Virus record (IMG/VR): IMGVR_UViG_3300031993_000061
Location: 4,586 to 68,585 of that record
DNA: 64,000 bases
DNA from: a virus
Lineage: Duplodnaviria; Caudoviricetes
Reading direction: 5' to 3' (one strand)
Below the pieces are notes generated by a model. It made no database searches. It was not told where the DNA came from and saw only the letters and a program-made list of their open reading frames with translations. Shown here piece by piece: positions 40,634 to 50,732 of this stretch. Position 1 is the first letter of the stretch; each line of letters starts with the position of its first letter. The position numbers and the translations under genes were made by a program.

Positions 40634-42409
40634 ATGGAAAAAATTGGATTAACAAGCGATACGCTTAATATCTCCAAAGACACGCCGATAAACATTAACG
40701 GTTCGCCGGTGCTTTGTACATTAGAGGGAGTTATTGCGGATTTCAAAAATCCAACTCGTAATGGAAGATTTTATTCCAAGCAGTTATGGGAAAAGGCGCT
40801 GAAATCTGATACCATCCAAGAGCAGATTGCCAACGGTGGTATTATGATGGAGTTGAACCACCCGGAAGATAGAGACGAAACGGATTTGTCTTGTGTGGCG
40901 GCCATTATGCCTGAATTACCGAAAGAAACGGACGACGGCAAACTCATCGCAAAGGTACACGTTATTGATACTCCAATGGGTAAGATTGCTAACACGCTTG
41001 CTCGTTATGGATATAAACTCGGCATTTCCAGTCGTGGTAACGGCGATGTCGATTACAGAGGTCAAGTGGTAGAAGACACCTATCAACTTCAATGTTGGGA
41101 TTTGGTGGCTATGCCTGCCGTTAAGGATGCGCGGTTAAGTCTCGTAACAGAATCGCTTCACAAACCATCCTTAACAGAATCGTTAAACAAAATTGTAGAA
41201 CAGTCCAGTGATGATGACAAGAAAGTCATTATGGAAAAACTGGCGCAGTTAAATATTACGCTAACGTCAGAAAACACCGACGAAGCAAGGGAAGTTTCCA
41301 TACCCGTCGAGGTAGAAACATCTGACAATGGGGATATTACGGTATCGCAACTTGAAAAGCCGATTATTGCCGGTTCTGACAAGTTTAACGAATTGACAGA
41401 TGCCTATCCCGAAATCACCATTACCGCAGAAGTAATGGATGACGCACGTGAACAGATGGAAACCAATGCGGAAGATGTGGAAGCGGAAGTTGCCGACAGT
41501 AATGTCGATAACGGTGTATCTGATGATGCCATAGATGTAGGGATTGAGACAGGCGAGAAAGCCGATGATGTCGGAGACCCGTTAATCAAAGACCTGCAAG
41601 AATCTCTGAAAGAAAGAAACGAACTTGTAAAGGCAAACGATGAATTGCAATCTGCTTTGTCAGTTGGCTATGCCAAGGAACAGCAACTAACGACGGAATT
41701 AAACCGTTGCAAGTCCAAGATTCAAGAACTCGTCGAATCCACGAAAGTGGTGGTCGGTTTACGAGCAAGGAGTAATAAACTTGAAGAGAACGTAAATCAA
41801 CTCTCGGAATCTCTGAAAGATAGTCAGCAATCTAACACGAAACTTACTAAAACTGTCAACGTACAGTCGGCAAGTATTCGTCAGTTAGAGAGATTAAAGG
41901 AACATCACGACAAAGAGCGCGTAAATACGGCTCGCAAGTTATCCGAATCCACCAATACTATCAAGAGATTACAAGACGAACTGCAAAAGCAAAGGAAACT
42001 GTTTGAAAACAAACTTTCCGAAACCAAAAAGTCTGCGCAAGATGAGTACAGCACTAAGTTAGAAACGGTGAGCAACGAAAACAAGTCGCTCATCAATGAA
42101 AACGAAATGCTGAAAACGAAACTTGACAAACTTTCCGAGGCGTATGCGCATTCTGTTTGTGACGCTTATGACGTCGATTATGACTTGGTGGCTGATACCG
42201 CAAAAAACGGCACACCATCCGAGGTAAAGAAACTTGCAGAGTCGCTTGCTCGAAGAAGGGTTGTTGAAAACAGACTTCCCTTTACCAATAATTCCGTCAA
42301 GAAAATCAATTACATCAGACCTGCCGATAACATGACGGAGCGTCGTTATCGCAATAGCGACGATATAGGAATCGACGAGGTCGAACAATTCAAACATTAC
42401 GAAAGGTAA
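40634..42409 (+). CDS. Prohead core protease (T4 gp21-like) fused to a coiled-coil scaffold-like region
   Basis: RNGRFY, ELNHP, DTPMGKI, GISSRGNG and WDLVAMPA; long coiled-coil C-terminus. Confidence 0.88.
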   Translation: MEKIGLTSDTLNISKDTPININGSPVLCTLEGVIADFKNPTRNGRFYSKQLWEKALKSDTIQEQIANGGIMMELNHPEDRDETDLSCVAAIMPELPKETDDGKLIAKVHVIDTPMGKIANTLARYGYKLGISSRGNGDVDYRGQVVEDTYQLQCWDLVAMPAVKDARLSLVTESLHKPSLTESLNKIVEQSSDDDKKVIMEKLAQLNITLTSENTDEAREVSIPVEVETSDNGDITVSQLEKPIIAGSDKFNELTDAYPEITITAEVMDDAREQMETNAEDVEAEVADSNVDNGVSDDAIDVGIETGEKADDVGDPLIKDLQESLKERNELVKANDELQSALSVGYAKEQQLTTELNRCKSKIQELVESTKVVVGLRARSNKLEENVNQLSESLKDSQQSNTKLTKTVNVQSASIRQLERLKEHHDKERVNTARKLSESTNTIKRLQDELQKQRKLFENKLSETKKSAQDEYSTKLETVSNENKSLINENEMLKTKLDKLSEAYAHSVCDAYDVDYDLVADTAKNGTPSEVKKLAESLARRRVVENRLPFTNNSVKKINYIRPADNMTERRYRNSDDIGIDEVEQFKHYER

Positions 42410-42414
42410 ACATA

Positions 42415-45400
42415 ATGGCTTCTTTACTCGAAAAGTACCAGAATCGTCTTACTCGTGCTAACAACGAGTACAAGTCGAGAACTGGTCGTCAACTCACCGA
42501 GTCCAAGAAGATGATGACTGCCGCTATTCTTGAGAATACCGCCGCTTTCCTCAACTTCAAAGCTCGTCAAATGAACGAAGCGCTTGACAATTCTGTCGGC
42601 GTTCAAACCACAGACATCGGCTAAATTAAAAATGGCCGTTTAAGCGGTAACGCTTAAATAAATCTTTGATAATTTCAAAGAGAAAACCCTGTGAATTCGG
42701 TGAAACTCTTGTGTGTTTACGAATTGCACACAAGACAATACCGAGCCAAGATGGTGTAAAAACCATAAGGCGTAACGACTATCGAAAGCATAAATATAGA
42801 AGAAATATCTATATGAGAAGCAAGTAGAGTACACTCAAAGTTGAGTGGAAGTGCAGGGCATCTTGATAACGGTAATAGAAATCAAGATGAAGAGATAGTC
42901 TGAACACTATGGTGACATAGTGAGAACAAACGGAAACGGTTTGTTCGTAACACAATTGCTTTCAAGAAATTCGTTCTTGATATCACCGAGGCGTCTCTCC
43001 CGAACCTCGTCGCTCCTGAACTTGCTATGGTCGTTGACCTCCCGCACAAGACTGGTTGGATTCTGTATCGTAAGTATACTGCCAACAGCCGTAAGGGCGT
43101 CCGTCTGAGCGATGGTACATTTGCTGACCCGCAGACCATGAACACCACCAGCGCCTTCCCTGCCGACAAAGACGTCCTCTTCGGTACGCTGAAGAACGGC
43201 CGTCCGCAGAGCGAGTACACCTCGTCTGTTGTCGAGATGGGTTCTGTCGCCCTCTCTTCTACTGCTACCACTCTCCGTTGGTCTCCTATCGTCAAGGGTT
43301 CTATCTTTGCCGAGAAGAGCGACACATTCTATGTTGATGGCGGCGATGGATTCCTCTATTCGTTTGCCAAGGCCACATACCACGTCGAAAAGGTTAATGG
43401 CGTTCGCCACATCATCACCACCGCTACCGGTGTTGAGGTTGCTCCTACCGATGGTACTAAGGATTCTTCGTCCGAAATCAAGTACGGTTCGTTCCGTGAT
43501 TCGATGTATGCAGACACTGGCGCCACTACCGTTTTCGGTTCTATTAAGACTGGCTCGTCCATTACAGTCGACCTCGAATATCAGTACAACAACGAATTCG
43601 TCCCTAAACATTCTTGGGGCAGTTTTGAACAGAGGATTGCGGCTTAAGTAAATTTGAATGAAGTAGAAACGATACGTAATAAATAATGGGTCAAATATAA
43701 AGTTCATATATGATACCACACATATTCCTGACGGTTGGAAGTTGGGTGGTTTACCGACAACAAGCGGTCGTATATGGATAACAAATGGTGTCGACCAAAA
43801 GACAATCGAAAAGACTGATACCATTCCGGACGGTTGGAAAAAGGGTCGATTAAAAGCCACAGAAACGGCAAAACGGAATATGTCAAAATCACACATCGGA
43901 GAAATCAATATAACAGATGGTGTGAACGAACGACATATTAAAAGCGGCGAATCAATACCATACGGATGGCGCGTCGGCAAGTCGGATAAAATGAAATCAA
44001 AACTTTCACATTCGACAAAAGGACGATACAACATCACGAATGGTAGTGAAATGAGACACGTCAGAACGCTTGATAATATTCCGAGCGGATGGCGAAGAGG
44101 GAATGTCGATGTTTCGGAAGAAACAAGAAGGAAACTTTCCATTACATCATCTTCCGAACATAAGAAAGCCTCAGAGATTAATACAAAGAGAAAAAACAAC
44201 AGTTTCTGTAAGTCTACACCAGAAGAAATTTATTACAACCGTCTGATTGAACAATATGGTCGCGACGATGTATTTAGACAGTACCGCGACGAAAGATACC
44301 CATTTAATTGCGATTTCTACATCAAATCAAAAGATATGTTCATTGAATGCAATTTTCATTGGACGCACGGAAAACATCCATACGACAGCAATTCCGCAGA
44401 GGATTAGAACAAAGTCCAAATGTGGAAAGAAAGAATCGATAAAAGCAAATTTTATCGAACGGCGATTTATGTATGGACTGAATTAGACGTGCGCAAGAGT
44501 GAAATTGCAAAACGAAACAATCTGAACTTTCAAGCAGTATATCAACTCTGATTCAACTGAAACACTCCGTGAACTGCTGGAAACTCTTATATGTTATGGA
44601 ATGGCATATAAGACAATCAGCAACCAAGCCCATTAAAAAATGGGAAGGTTCAACGACCATCGAAAGTATATCAACCGAGAAACACGGTTGAGAATAAACG
44701 AGTAGAGTACACCACAGTGTGGTGGAAGTGCGGAGAACATACACAAGGATAAAACAAATGTATGTTATGATATGGTCTCACCTTTATAGTGATATAAAGA
44801 GAATGGTTGGACACGAACCATTCGCAAGATATGTGCAGAATGACATTCCTCTTATCGGCGTGACAGACGAGGGTATCCAGCTCAATGCTAAACCTCGTAG
44901 AATCGCCATCTACTTCTCGCAACTTGCCGCCTTTGAAGCCCAGAAGGATTACGGCCGTGACCTCGGTGCTGAACTCCGTGAGCGTGCCGCCTTTGAGATT
45001 CAGAAGGAAATCGATAATGAGGTTGTTGAGAAAGTTATCGCTTGTGGTAATGCCAATACTGCCAACACCGTCAGTTGGTACTCGGTTGCCGACCTCGGCG
45101 TGACCAAGAGAGACCATTACGAGACTCTTGCTGTTGCTCTTGCCGATGCCGACGCCGCTATGTATAACGCCACCGAGAAGTACAGCGGCACTTATCTCCT
45201 TTGCGGACCTAAGGGTATGCGTTTCTTCTCGATGATGAATGGCTTCAAGGCGCTCAACGCCAACCGCTTTGGCTTTGGTCCTTATGTCGCTGGCGAACTC
45301 AATGGCCACAAAATCATCGTTACGCCGATTATCCGCGACGAAGCGATGTATGTCGGCGTGAACACCGCTGACGCTTCTGCCGTTCTGCTCGGCATCTACA

Positions 45401-45564
45401 TGGCTGTTGCTCCTACTCAGCTTGTGGAATTTGCTGACGGTGGTAACTCGCAGGGCTTCTCTACGCTGTATGACTGCGTAGTCATCAACCCCAATCTTGT
45501 CGTTAAGATTAACGTCATTCCTGAGCGCGAACCCGTCACAATCACCGTTGACGACGGTGAATAA
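42415..45564 (+). CDS. Major capsid protein (T4 gp23-like), 527 aa after splicing (exons 42415-42622, 42959-43605, 44836-45564)
   Basis: Exons join in frame (..TTDIG-S-FKKFVLDI..LPNLVA..; ..NNEFVP-QNDIPL..). Gp23-like LNAKPRRI..QLAAFEAQKDYG.D..AAFEIQKEIDNEV..GFSTLY. Confidence 0.88.
42623..42958 (+). mobile_element. Group I intron 1 of the capsid gene (336 nt, no ORF)
   Basis: P1 CGGCU/GGCCG with a U-G pair at the splice site; GAATTCGGTGAAA/AATACCGAGCCAAG; AAGAGATAGTCT; terminal G. Confidence 0.9.
43606..44835 (+). mobile_element. Group I intron 2 of the capsid gene (1230 nt) with an endonuclease ORF 5' of the catalytic core
   Basis: Follows a U and ends in G; CATTCT can pair with 3' exon AGAATG (P10); core GAACTGCTGGAA/AATCAGCAACCAAG, TTCAACGACCAT, GATATGGTCT. 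Confidence 0.88.
43658..44551 (+). CDS. Intron-encoded putative homing endonuclease, 297 aa with TAG=Gln (TAG at 43664 and 44405)
   Basis: Repeated (W/N)ITNG..IPxGWxxG NUMOD-like modules, then a Vsr/DUF559-like YRDERYPFNCDFY..FIECNFHWTH domain. Read-through restores the C-terminal FYRTAIYVWTELDVRK. Confidence 0.8.
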
Positions 45565-45591
45565 TCTATCCTATCATAGATTAACTCCCTT

Positions 45592-45655
45592 AGGGGCGTG
45601 CGTAAGCACGCCCCTTTTTCTATGGGTAGACAAACACGAAATTTTGTTGTATAAT
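45592..45655 (+). terminator. Terminator after the capsid gene followed by a promoter-like element
   Basis: AGGGGCGTGC/GCACGCCCCT plus T-tract; TAGACA-17-TATAAT at 45627-55. Confidence 0.8.
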
Positions 45656-45683
45656 TATCATAAGAACAACCAACGAGGGTCTT

Positions 45684-47021
45684 ATGGAAATTACCAAAGA
45701 ATCCATTGAACAATTTTATATAGCCGAAAATCACAATTATAAAGATAGCGCCAAGCATTTCGGCATAACCGCTCGAAAGTTTATGAGTATTATCCAATCT
45801 TACGGAATCAGCAAACGTTCTATGGGTCAAGTGGCCAAAACGGTCGTGACAAGAACGCATGAGAGTTATGTGTCTGGCGGAAAGAAGTCATCTGATACAC
45901 AACGCCGAAATTGGGAGCAGAAGTCTGACGAAGAAAAATCGGCGTGGTCTCGCAAGATGAGCGAATCTCATAAGACGGCGCAGTATCAATCTATCAAGGC
46001 GTTACAAAATAGTGCCTATCGTTCTTCTCTTACGGATGAAGAAAATGCGAAACAGAACCAAATGCGTAGCGAATCAATGAAAGAATATTGGGCGTCGCTG
46101 TCGAAAGAGGAAAAGGACGAGAAAATTGCCAAACAGTTTTCTGGCATGATGTCTGCTTCTCATATTGCTAATACAAGGCCAAATCTCGACTTTATGAGAA
46201 AGTTGGAAGAAAACAACATTCCTTACCAGAGAGAATTTCGTATCGGCAAATACGCCTATGATTTTCTGATAGGAAAAACTGTTGTCGAAATCAATCCGTC
46301 TGTTACGCACAATATCACGTGGTCTCCATTTGAAAACAATAAGGCAAATACAGATAAGCATTATCATTCAGAGAAAACACAAAATGCCATCGATAATGGG
46401 TATCGCTGTATTCATATATGGGATTGGGATGATGTTGACAAAATTATTGACTTGCTGAAATCAAGAGATAAGATATATGCCCGTCTATGCGTTGTTGAGG
46501 AAATATCAGAACAAGAGGCGGAAGATTTTATCAACACCTATCATCTGCAAGGTTATGTGAAATCAGAACTGCGGTTTGGATTGCGCCACAACGGTGAATT
46601 AGTTGCCGTAATGACGTTTGGTAAGCCGAGGTATAATCACAACTATCAGTATGAATTACTTCGTTTCTGCGCCAAATACAGCGTTACTGGTGGGTCTTCA
46701 AAACTATTCCATTATTTTATCGAAAATTATAAACCGTCGTCTGTTATCAGTTATTGTGACAACAGCAAGTTTAGCGGCAATACCTATATCAATCTCGGAT
46801 TTATCAGAGAGCGATTTTCTTATGGGAAACACTGGTATAATGTCCGCACTAAAGTTCATATCACGGACAATCTGTTACGAGCAAGAGGTTTCGACCAACT
46901 GTTCGGTGATGTTTATGGGAGATTTGGTAAAGGAACAAATAACGATGAGTTAATGAGACAATTTGGTTTTGTCGAAATCATTGACGCAGGCCAATCAACC
47001 TATATTTATAAACGAGGATAA
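45684..47021 (+). CDS. Free-standing Hef-like putative homing endonuclease
   Basis: REFRIGKYAYDF..VEIN..RCIHIWDWD..IYARLC..HLQG..YELLRFC..GGSSKLF..ISYCD. Confidence 0.75.
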   Translation: MEITKESIEQFYIAENHNYKDSAKHFGITARKFMSIIQSYGISKRSMGQVAKTVVTRTHESYVSGGKKSSDTQRRNWEQKSDEEKSAWSRKMSESHKTAQYQSIKALQNSAYRSSLTDEENAKQNQMRSESMKEYWASLSKEEKDEKIAKQFSGMMSASHIANTRPNLDFMRKLEENNIPYQREFRIGKYAYDFLIGKTVVEINPSVTHNITWSPFENNKANTDKHYHSEKTQNAIDNGYRCIHIWDWDDVDKIIDLLKSRDKIYARLCVVEEISEQEAEDFINTYHLQGYVKSELRFGLRHNGELVAVMTFGKPRYNHNYQYELLRFCAKYSVTGGSSKLFHYFIENYKPSSVISYCDNSKFSGNTYINLGFIRERFSYGKHWYNVRTKVHITDNLLRARGFDQLFGDVYGRFGKGTNNDELMRQFGFVEIIDAGQSTYIYKRG

Positions 47022-47022
47022 C

Positions 47023-47358
47023 ATGATGAAAAAATCGACGTTTACTATTGCTTGCGATGACGGTACATTCAAAGAGGTAGATGGATATACAGATACAATT
47101 TTTCTTATGAACGGTCGTTCTGTGTCTGTTGGATTTGATAAGCGTTCAACATATGGTTGGTGTGCTACGGAAATCAGAAGTGGTACAATGATTCCGATTA
47201 AAGATGAATTTCGTCAGACGAGACAGATGGCAAAGGAATATATTGAGACAAGATTGTTGTCTGCTTGTGAGTCCGTTTTTTGCGGAGAACGCTATGAAAA
47301 GGCGTGTGAAAGATTAGCAAAATATGATGGAAAAGATTTGTTGTATAATTTAGAGTGA
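47023..47358 (+). CDS. Hypothetical protein
   Basis: ORF coupled to the endonuclease gene. Confidence 0.6.
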   Translation: MMKKSTFTIACDDGTFKEVDGYTDTIFLMNGRSVSVGFDKRSTYGWCATEIRSGTMIPIKDEFRQTRQMAKEYIETRLLSACESVFCGERYEKACERLAKYDGKDLLYNLE

Positions 47359-47393
47359 AAAATCAAATTATTCCTTAAGGAGTTATTTCTAAA

Positions 47394-47840
47394 ATGGCTG
47401 ACTTTATCTTAAAAGACCCGAATAAGATTATTGTCAATAATGGTGGTGATGAAGGCGGCGCAGTTGTTTTGAAACTGAATTCCGGATTCAATAAACTTTT
47501 ATTTCAAGACGATAAACCTGTCACGCCGAGTAACTTCCCTTATGATAAAGTTCCGAATGTTTATCTCGTTATGGGTTCTGGTAGTTTTTTGAGTTGTGGA
47601 AGAACAAACCAAAGCGGAACTACCTATAAAGTTGACTTTGTCGGTATAAATTACAATACAACTTCAAGCGTATATCAAAATGTAATTTACACGTTTAAGT
47701 CAACTTCGGAATCGACACAATTTTCGATGGAAACATCGAGACTATCTCCGATTGTTCCGACGATTGGTCCGAATGATGGTGGAAAATATCTCCGGCTGAA
47801 AGATGATAGAAGTGCATTGGAATGGGTAACGATTGAATAA
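47394..47840 (+). CDS. Putative late structural protein
   Basis: TGTATAATTT at 47342, TAAGGAG RBS; N-terminus MADFILKDP shared with 47994. Confidence 0.65.
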   Translation: MADFILKDPNKIIVNNGGDEGGAVVLKLNSGFNKLLFQDDKPVTPSNFPYDKVPNVYLVMGSGSFLSCGRTNQSGTTYKVDFVGINYNTTSSVYQNVIYTFKSTSESTQFSMETSRLSPIVPTIGPNDGGKYLRLKDDRSALEWVTIE

Positions 47841-47993
47841 ATAACAAACCAATGGCTTGTGAGGTCGTGAAAACAGACGTTTATATGCGGGTGACCAGAT
47901 AACCATTACTGTTGTAGCAGATTCATAATCAAATTAAGAAAAAATAAATACAAATTTATTAAACTATAAAATTTTTAAGGAGTTATTTCTAAA

Positions 47994-48338
47994 ATGGCTG
48001 ATATTATTCTGAAAGACCCAAAGCAACTGTTACTGGGTGCTGAATTAACAGAAGCGTCTTTAACGGCTACATTTGCCTCTTCTGTTTCTGGTATTGTTTT
48101 GTATCCAGAAATTGGTTCTGTTGCCAGCGAAAGCGGCATCGGCGTGGATGTCGACCAACCAGATGGCACGAGTAATGTGCTTAGTCTTAACACCATTGTT
48201 GGTGGTATTGTCATTGGCGAATTGCCAAGCGCTGCTACGAGTGTTACTTCGGCTGTTGGATGTGTGGCTGAAGTCGCCGACGGCGGCGGAGTTCTTATTA
48301 AAGTCACTTCCACAAGCGCTACTGTTACTTTTGCTTAA
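47994..48338 (+). CDS. Putative late structural protein (beta-rich, decoration-like)
   Basis: Same 27-bp RBS/start block as 47394; followed by a terminator at about 48359-48390. Confidence 0.65.
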   Translation: MADIILKDPKQLLLGAELTEASLTATFASSVSGIVLYPEIGSVASESGIGVDVDQPDGTSNVLSLNTIVGGIVIGELPSAATSVTSAVGCVAEVADGGGVLIKVTSTSATVTFA

Positions 48339-48459
48339 TCCATAACAGACATCTATCAAAAATGGGGTCGCCAATAACGACTCCTTTTTTGATATGGGTT
48401 GACATTATTAGTTTCATTTGATATAATAGTTTCACCGATACGGTGAAAGGGGTATTATT

Positions 48460-48891
48460 ATGTTTGGGAATTGTCCCTATCCTTGTAACAACAAAACAGA
48501 GGACGGCTATTGTTTGTTTACGGCGTGTAAGAATCCGAAGTACCAGAATAATGCTTTTCTTGCGGATATGCCGCTCTGTTTTGAAGTGCATAAATTTATC
48601 TGTTACGACAAAACGCAAGGTTTCGTATTACTGAAAGACGAACAAAACGCACGATATGTGCCTGTCAAGTCTTCGGAAATTACAAGCGAACACTATGATT
48701 TGTTACTATACGCTTCTTATAACGATGCTGTTTCAATGTGCGCTACCATGAACGAAACCATGCATACCAACTATGAGCCGAGAGAGTTTGTCATTAAGGC
48801 AAGTGAGATTACGACCGTCTTTGAGGATATTAAGACTGGATTGTGGCAAGCCGTGGAGTATGTTAAGAATGAGCAGACAAAATCAGAATAA
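48460..48891 (+). CDS. Hypothetical early protein with an N-terminal Cys cluster
   Basis: Promoter TTGACA 48399 / TATAAT 48422. Confidence 0.7.
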   Translation: MFGNCPYPCNNKTEDGYCLFTACKNPKYQNNAFLADMPLCFEVHKFICYDKTQGFVLLKDEQNARYVPVKSSEITSEHYDLLLYASYNDAVSMCATMNETMHTNYEPREFVIKASEITTVFEDIKTGLWQAVEYVKNEQTKSE

Positions 48892-48940
48892 TCTTGTATA
48901 ATTTTATAAAAATATATTTTTGATTTACGAGGTTATTACT

Positions 48941-49051
48941 ATGGCCGTTGATTTAACAAACTGGGAAGAAGCCCTTAATAAGATTTTGGAGTTGCTGGAA
49001 CAGATTAAAGAGAACACCACTCCTGCTGAAGACGACGAGAACAATCCATAA
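48941..49051 (+). CDS. 36-aa small protein under a putative late promoter
   Basis: TGTATAATTT 48895, GAGG RBS; MAVDLTNWEEALNKILELLEQIKENT amphipathic helix. Confidence 0.5.
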   Translation: MAVDLTNWEEALNKILELLEQIKENTTPAEDDENNP

Positions 49052-49123
49052 TATATGGGTTGACTTTTCGGTTCGATTGTGCTATAATAGAAGTATCAGA
49101 GAAGAAAGAAGAGGATAACAGAT

Positions 49124-50176
49124 ATGCCAATCGGCGACGTTTATAAAGTCAATAGAGAACCTGTTCTTGTCAAGACCTATAAGGATGGCTCGACGAGATG
49201 GCATAGCGAAGCGTGTCCGAAATGTGGCGGGACTGGCTACCTTCACGGCTATGAGCATATAGACGGTGCACGGTGTTGGAAATGTAACGCCACTGGCCGT
49301 TATCCTCACGAGTGGACAGAACCGTCTGACGAGCGCATTGAGAAGCAGAGAGCCAAAGAAAAGGCAAAACTGATAGCGCAAGCCGACGAGAAGAATGCCT
49401 ACTTTATGAAATCTCACGGATTCAACGATGACGGCAAGACATATCTCGTTCTTGGCGATACCTATTCCATCAAGGACGACCTGAAATCTCTCGGCGCAAA
49501 GTTTGATTATCTGATGGGCTGGAAACTGCCGAAAGATACCGACAAATATCCGACTGTCGAAATCGCGATTGACGAAGTGACAGACAAAGACGAAAATGGT
49601 TGGCTCATCTATAAGCCGAATATGGATATCGAAGAGGTTGTCAAGAAGAAGAAACAAGCGTATGCAGACAGCCACAAATCCGAAGAAGAAAAAGACAAGA
49701 ATGTCAAAATATCTGACTATCTCGGAAATGTCGGCGAAAAGATTACCGTGACGGCCAAACTCATTAAAGAGTACACATACGATACCAACTATGGGTACTA
49801 TGGCGGCACAAGCACCATTTATACTTTTGAGGACGATAATGGTAATAAAATCCTGTGGACGACATCTTCTATGCCATATGTGAACGATAAGCCGATTGAG
49901 AGCGGAAAAACATATACTATTACCGGTACGGTGAAAGAACATAAAGAATATAAGGGCGAAAAAGAGACCGTTCTGACAAGGTGTAAACTGACAGCGGCCA
50001 CAAATGAGTCTCTTAACTACATCGTAGAAGAAACAGAAGATGATGCCATCATGCGTCGCGAAGAGTGGAATAAAGACGCCGGATATTACGAGAGAGATGG
50101 TGTATATAAGCCGAAGGTAGATGTCAAAACCGGAGCGATGATTCTACCAAAAGAAATCTATGATATGTGGAATTGA
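49124..50176 (+). CDS. Zn-ribbon plus OB-fold phage protein with an added C-terminal module
   Basis: CPKCGGTG..CWKCNATG; YLGNVGEKIT..TGTVKEHKEYKGEKETVLTRCK; promoter 49060/49083. Confidence 0.7.
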   Translation: MPIGDVYKVNREPVLVKTYKDGSTRWHSEACPKCGGTGYLHGYEHIDGARCWKCNATGRYPHEWTEPSDERIEKQRAKEKAKLIAQADEKNAYFMKSHGFNDDGKTYLVLGDTYSIKDDLKSLGAKFDYLMGWKLPKDTDKYPTVEIAIDEVTDKDENGWLIYKPNMDIEEVVKKKKQAYADSHKSEEEKDKNVKISDYLGNVGEKITVTAKLIKEYTYDTNYGYYGGTSTIYTFEDDNGNKILWTTSSMPYVNDKPIESGKTYTITGTVKEHKEYKGEKETVLTRCKLTAATNESLNYIVEETEDDAIMRREEWNKDAGYYERDGVYKPKVDVKTGAMILPKEIYDMWN

Positions 50177-50182
50177 GACAAT

Positions 50183-50617
50183 ATGCAAAAATATGATATC
50201 TATTATGTCTCAATGTCTTATGTATAGGACAGAATTGTCTCGGATAATCCAAGAACGAAGAGACGACCGTGTGTGATTAAAGAAATCTATGATGATACTG
50301 TTGTCTTAATGGCCATGATTACATCTAAACGACATCAAAATCAGTATGAGATACGCGATTGGCGAGACGCAGGCCTAACAAAACCATCGTACATCAATTA
50401 TGCTGTTGAGTAGAAATATCAGAAAAAAGATATTAAGCAGAACGATTATGTCGGACATTTGTCTGCTTTCGATATACATCGTATTAAATCACAGCATCTT
50501 GATGAAGATTTCGACCCCAACGGTCATTATACGGAAGACGGCGTTTTTGTTCCAAAGCATGACCCAATCACCGGCATCCCGCTGATACCGAAAGATATTT
50601 GGGATATGTGGGACTAA
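50183..50617 (+). CDS. PemK/MazF-like endoribonuclease, 144 aa with TAG=Gln (TAG at 50225 and 50411)
   Basis: KYDIYYVSMSY..TKRRPCVI..MAMITSK..IRDWRDAGLTKPSYI..VGHLSAFD; absent from the standard-code ORF track. Confidence 0.72.
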
Positions 50618-50732
50618 ATTATAGATAAGGGATTGCTCAATAAGCAGTCCCTCTTCTTTCTTTTATGGGTTGACGAACCCATATTTTTTGTTGTATAATT
50701 TACATAGACTGAATAGATAAAAAGGTATCGCT

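Noticed and set aside
42907-44199. 430-aa minus-strand ORF, and other long minus-strand ORFs (49082..49942, 44671..45309, 13028..13633, 27578..28168)
   Set aside because: Antisense shadows of well-supported + strand genes, with no RBS, motifs or minus-strand promoters
44719-44835. ORF-track N-terminus MVEVRRTY of the last capsid fragment
   Set aside because: Lies in the intron catalytic core; the true exon starts at 44836
42415-45564. Capsid gene as three separate proteins or a frameshifted gene
   Set aside because: The intervening segments have group I cores and U/G splice junctions that restore one frame
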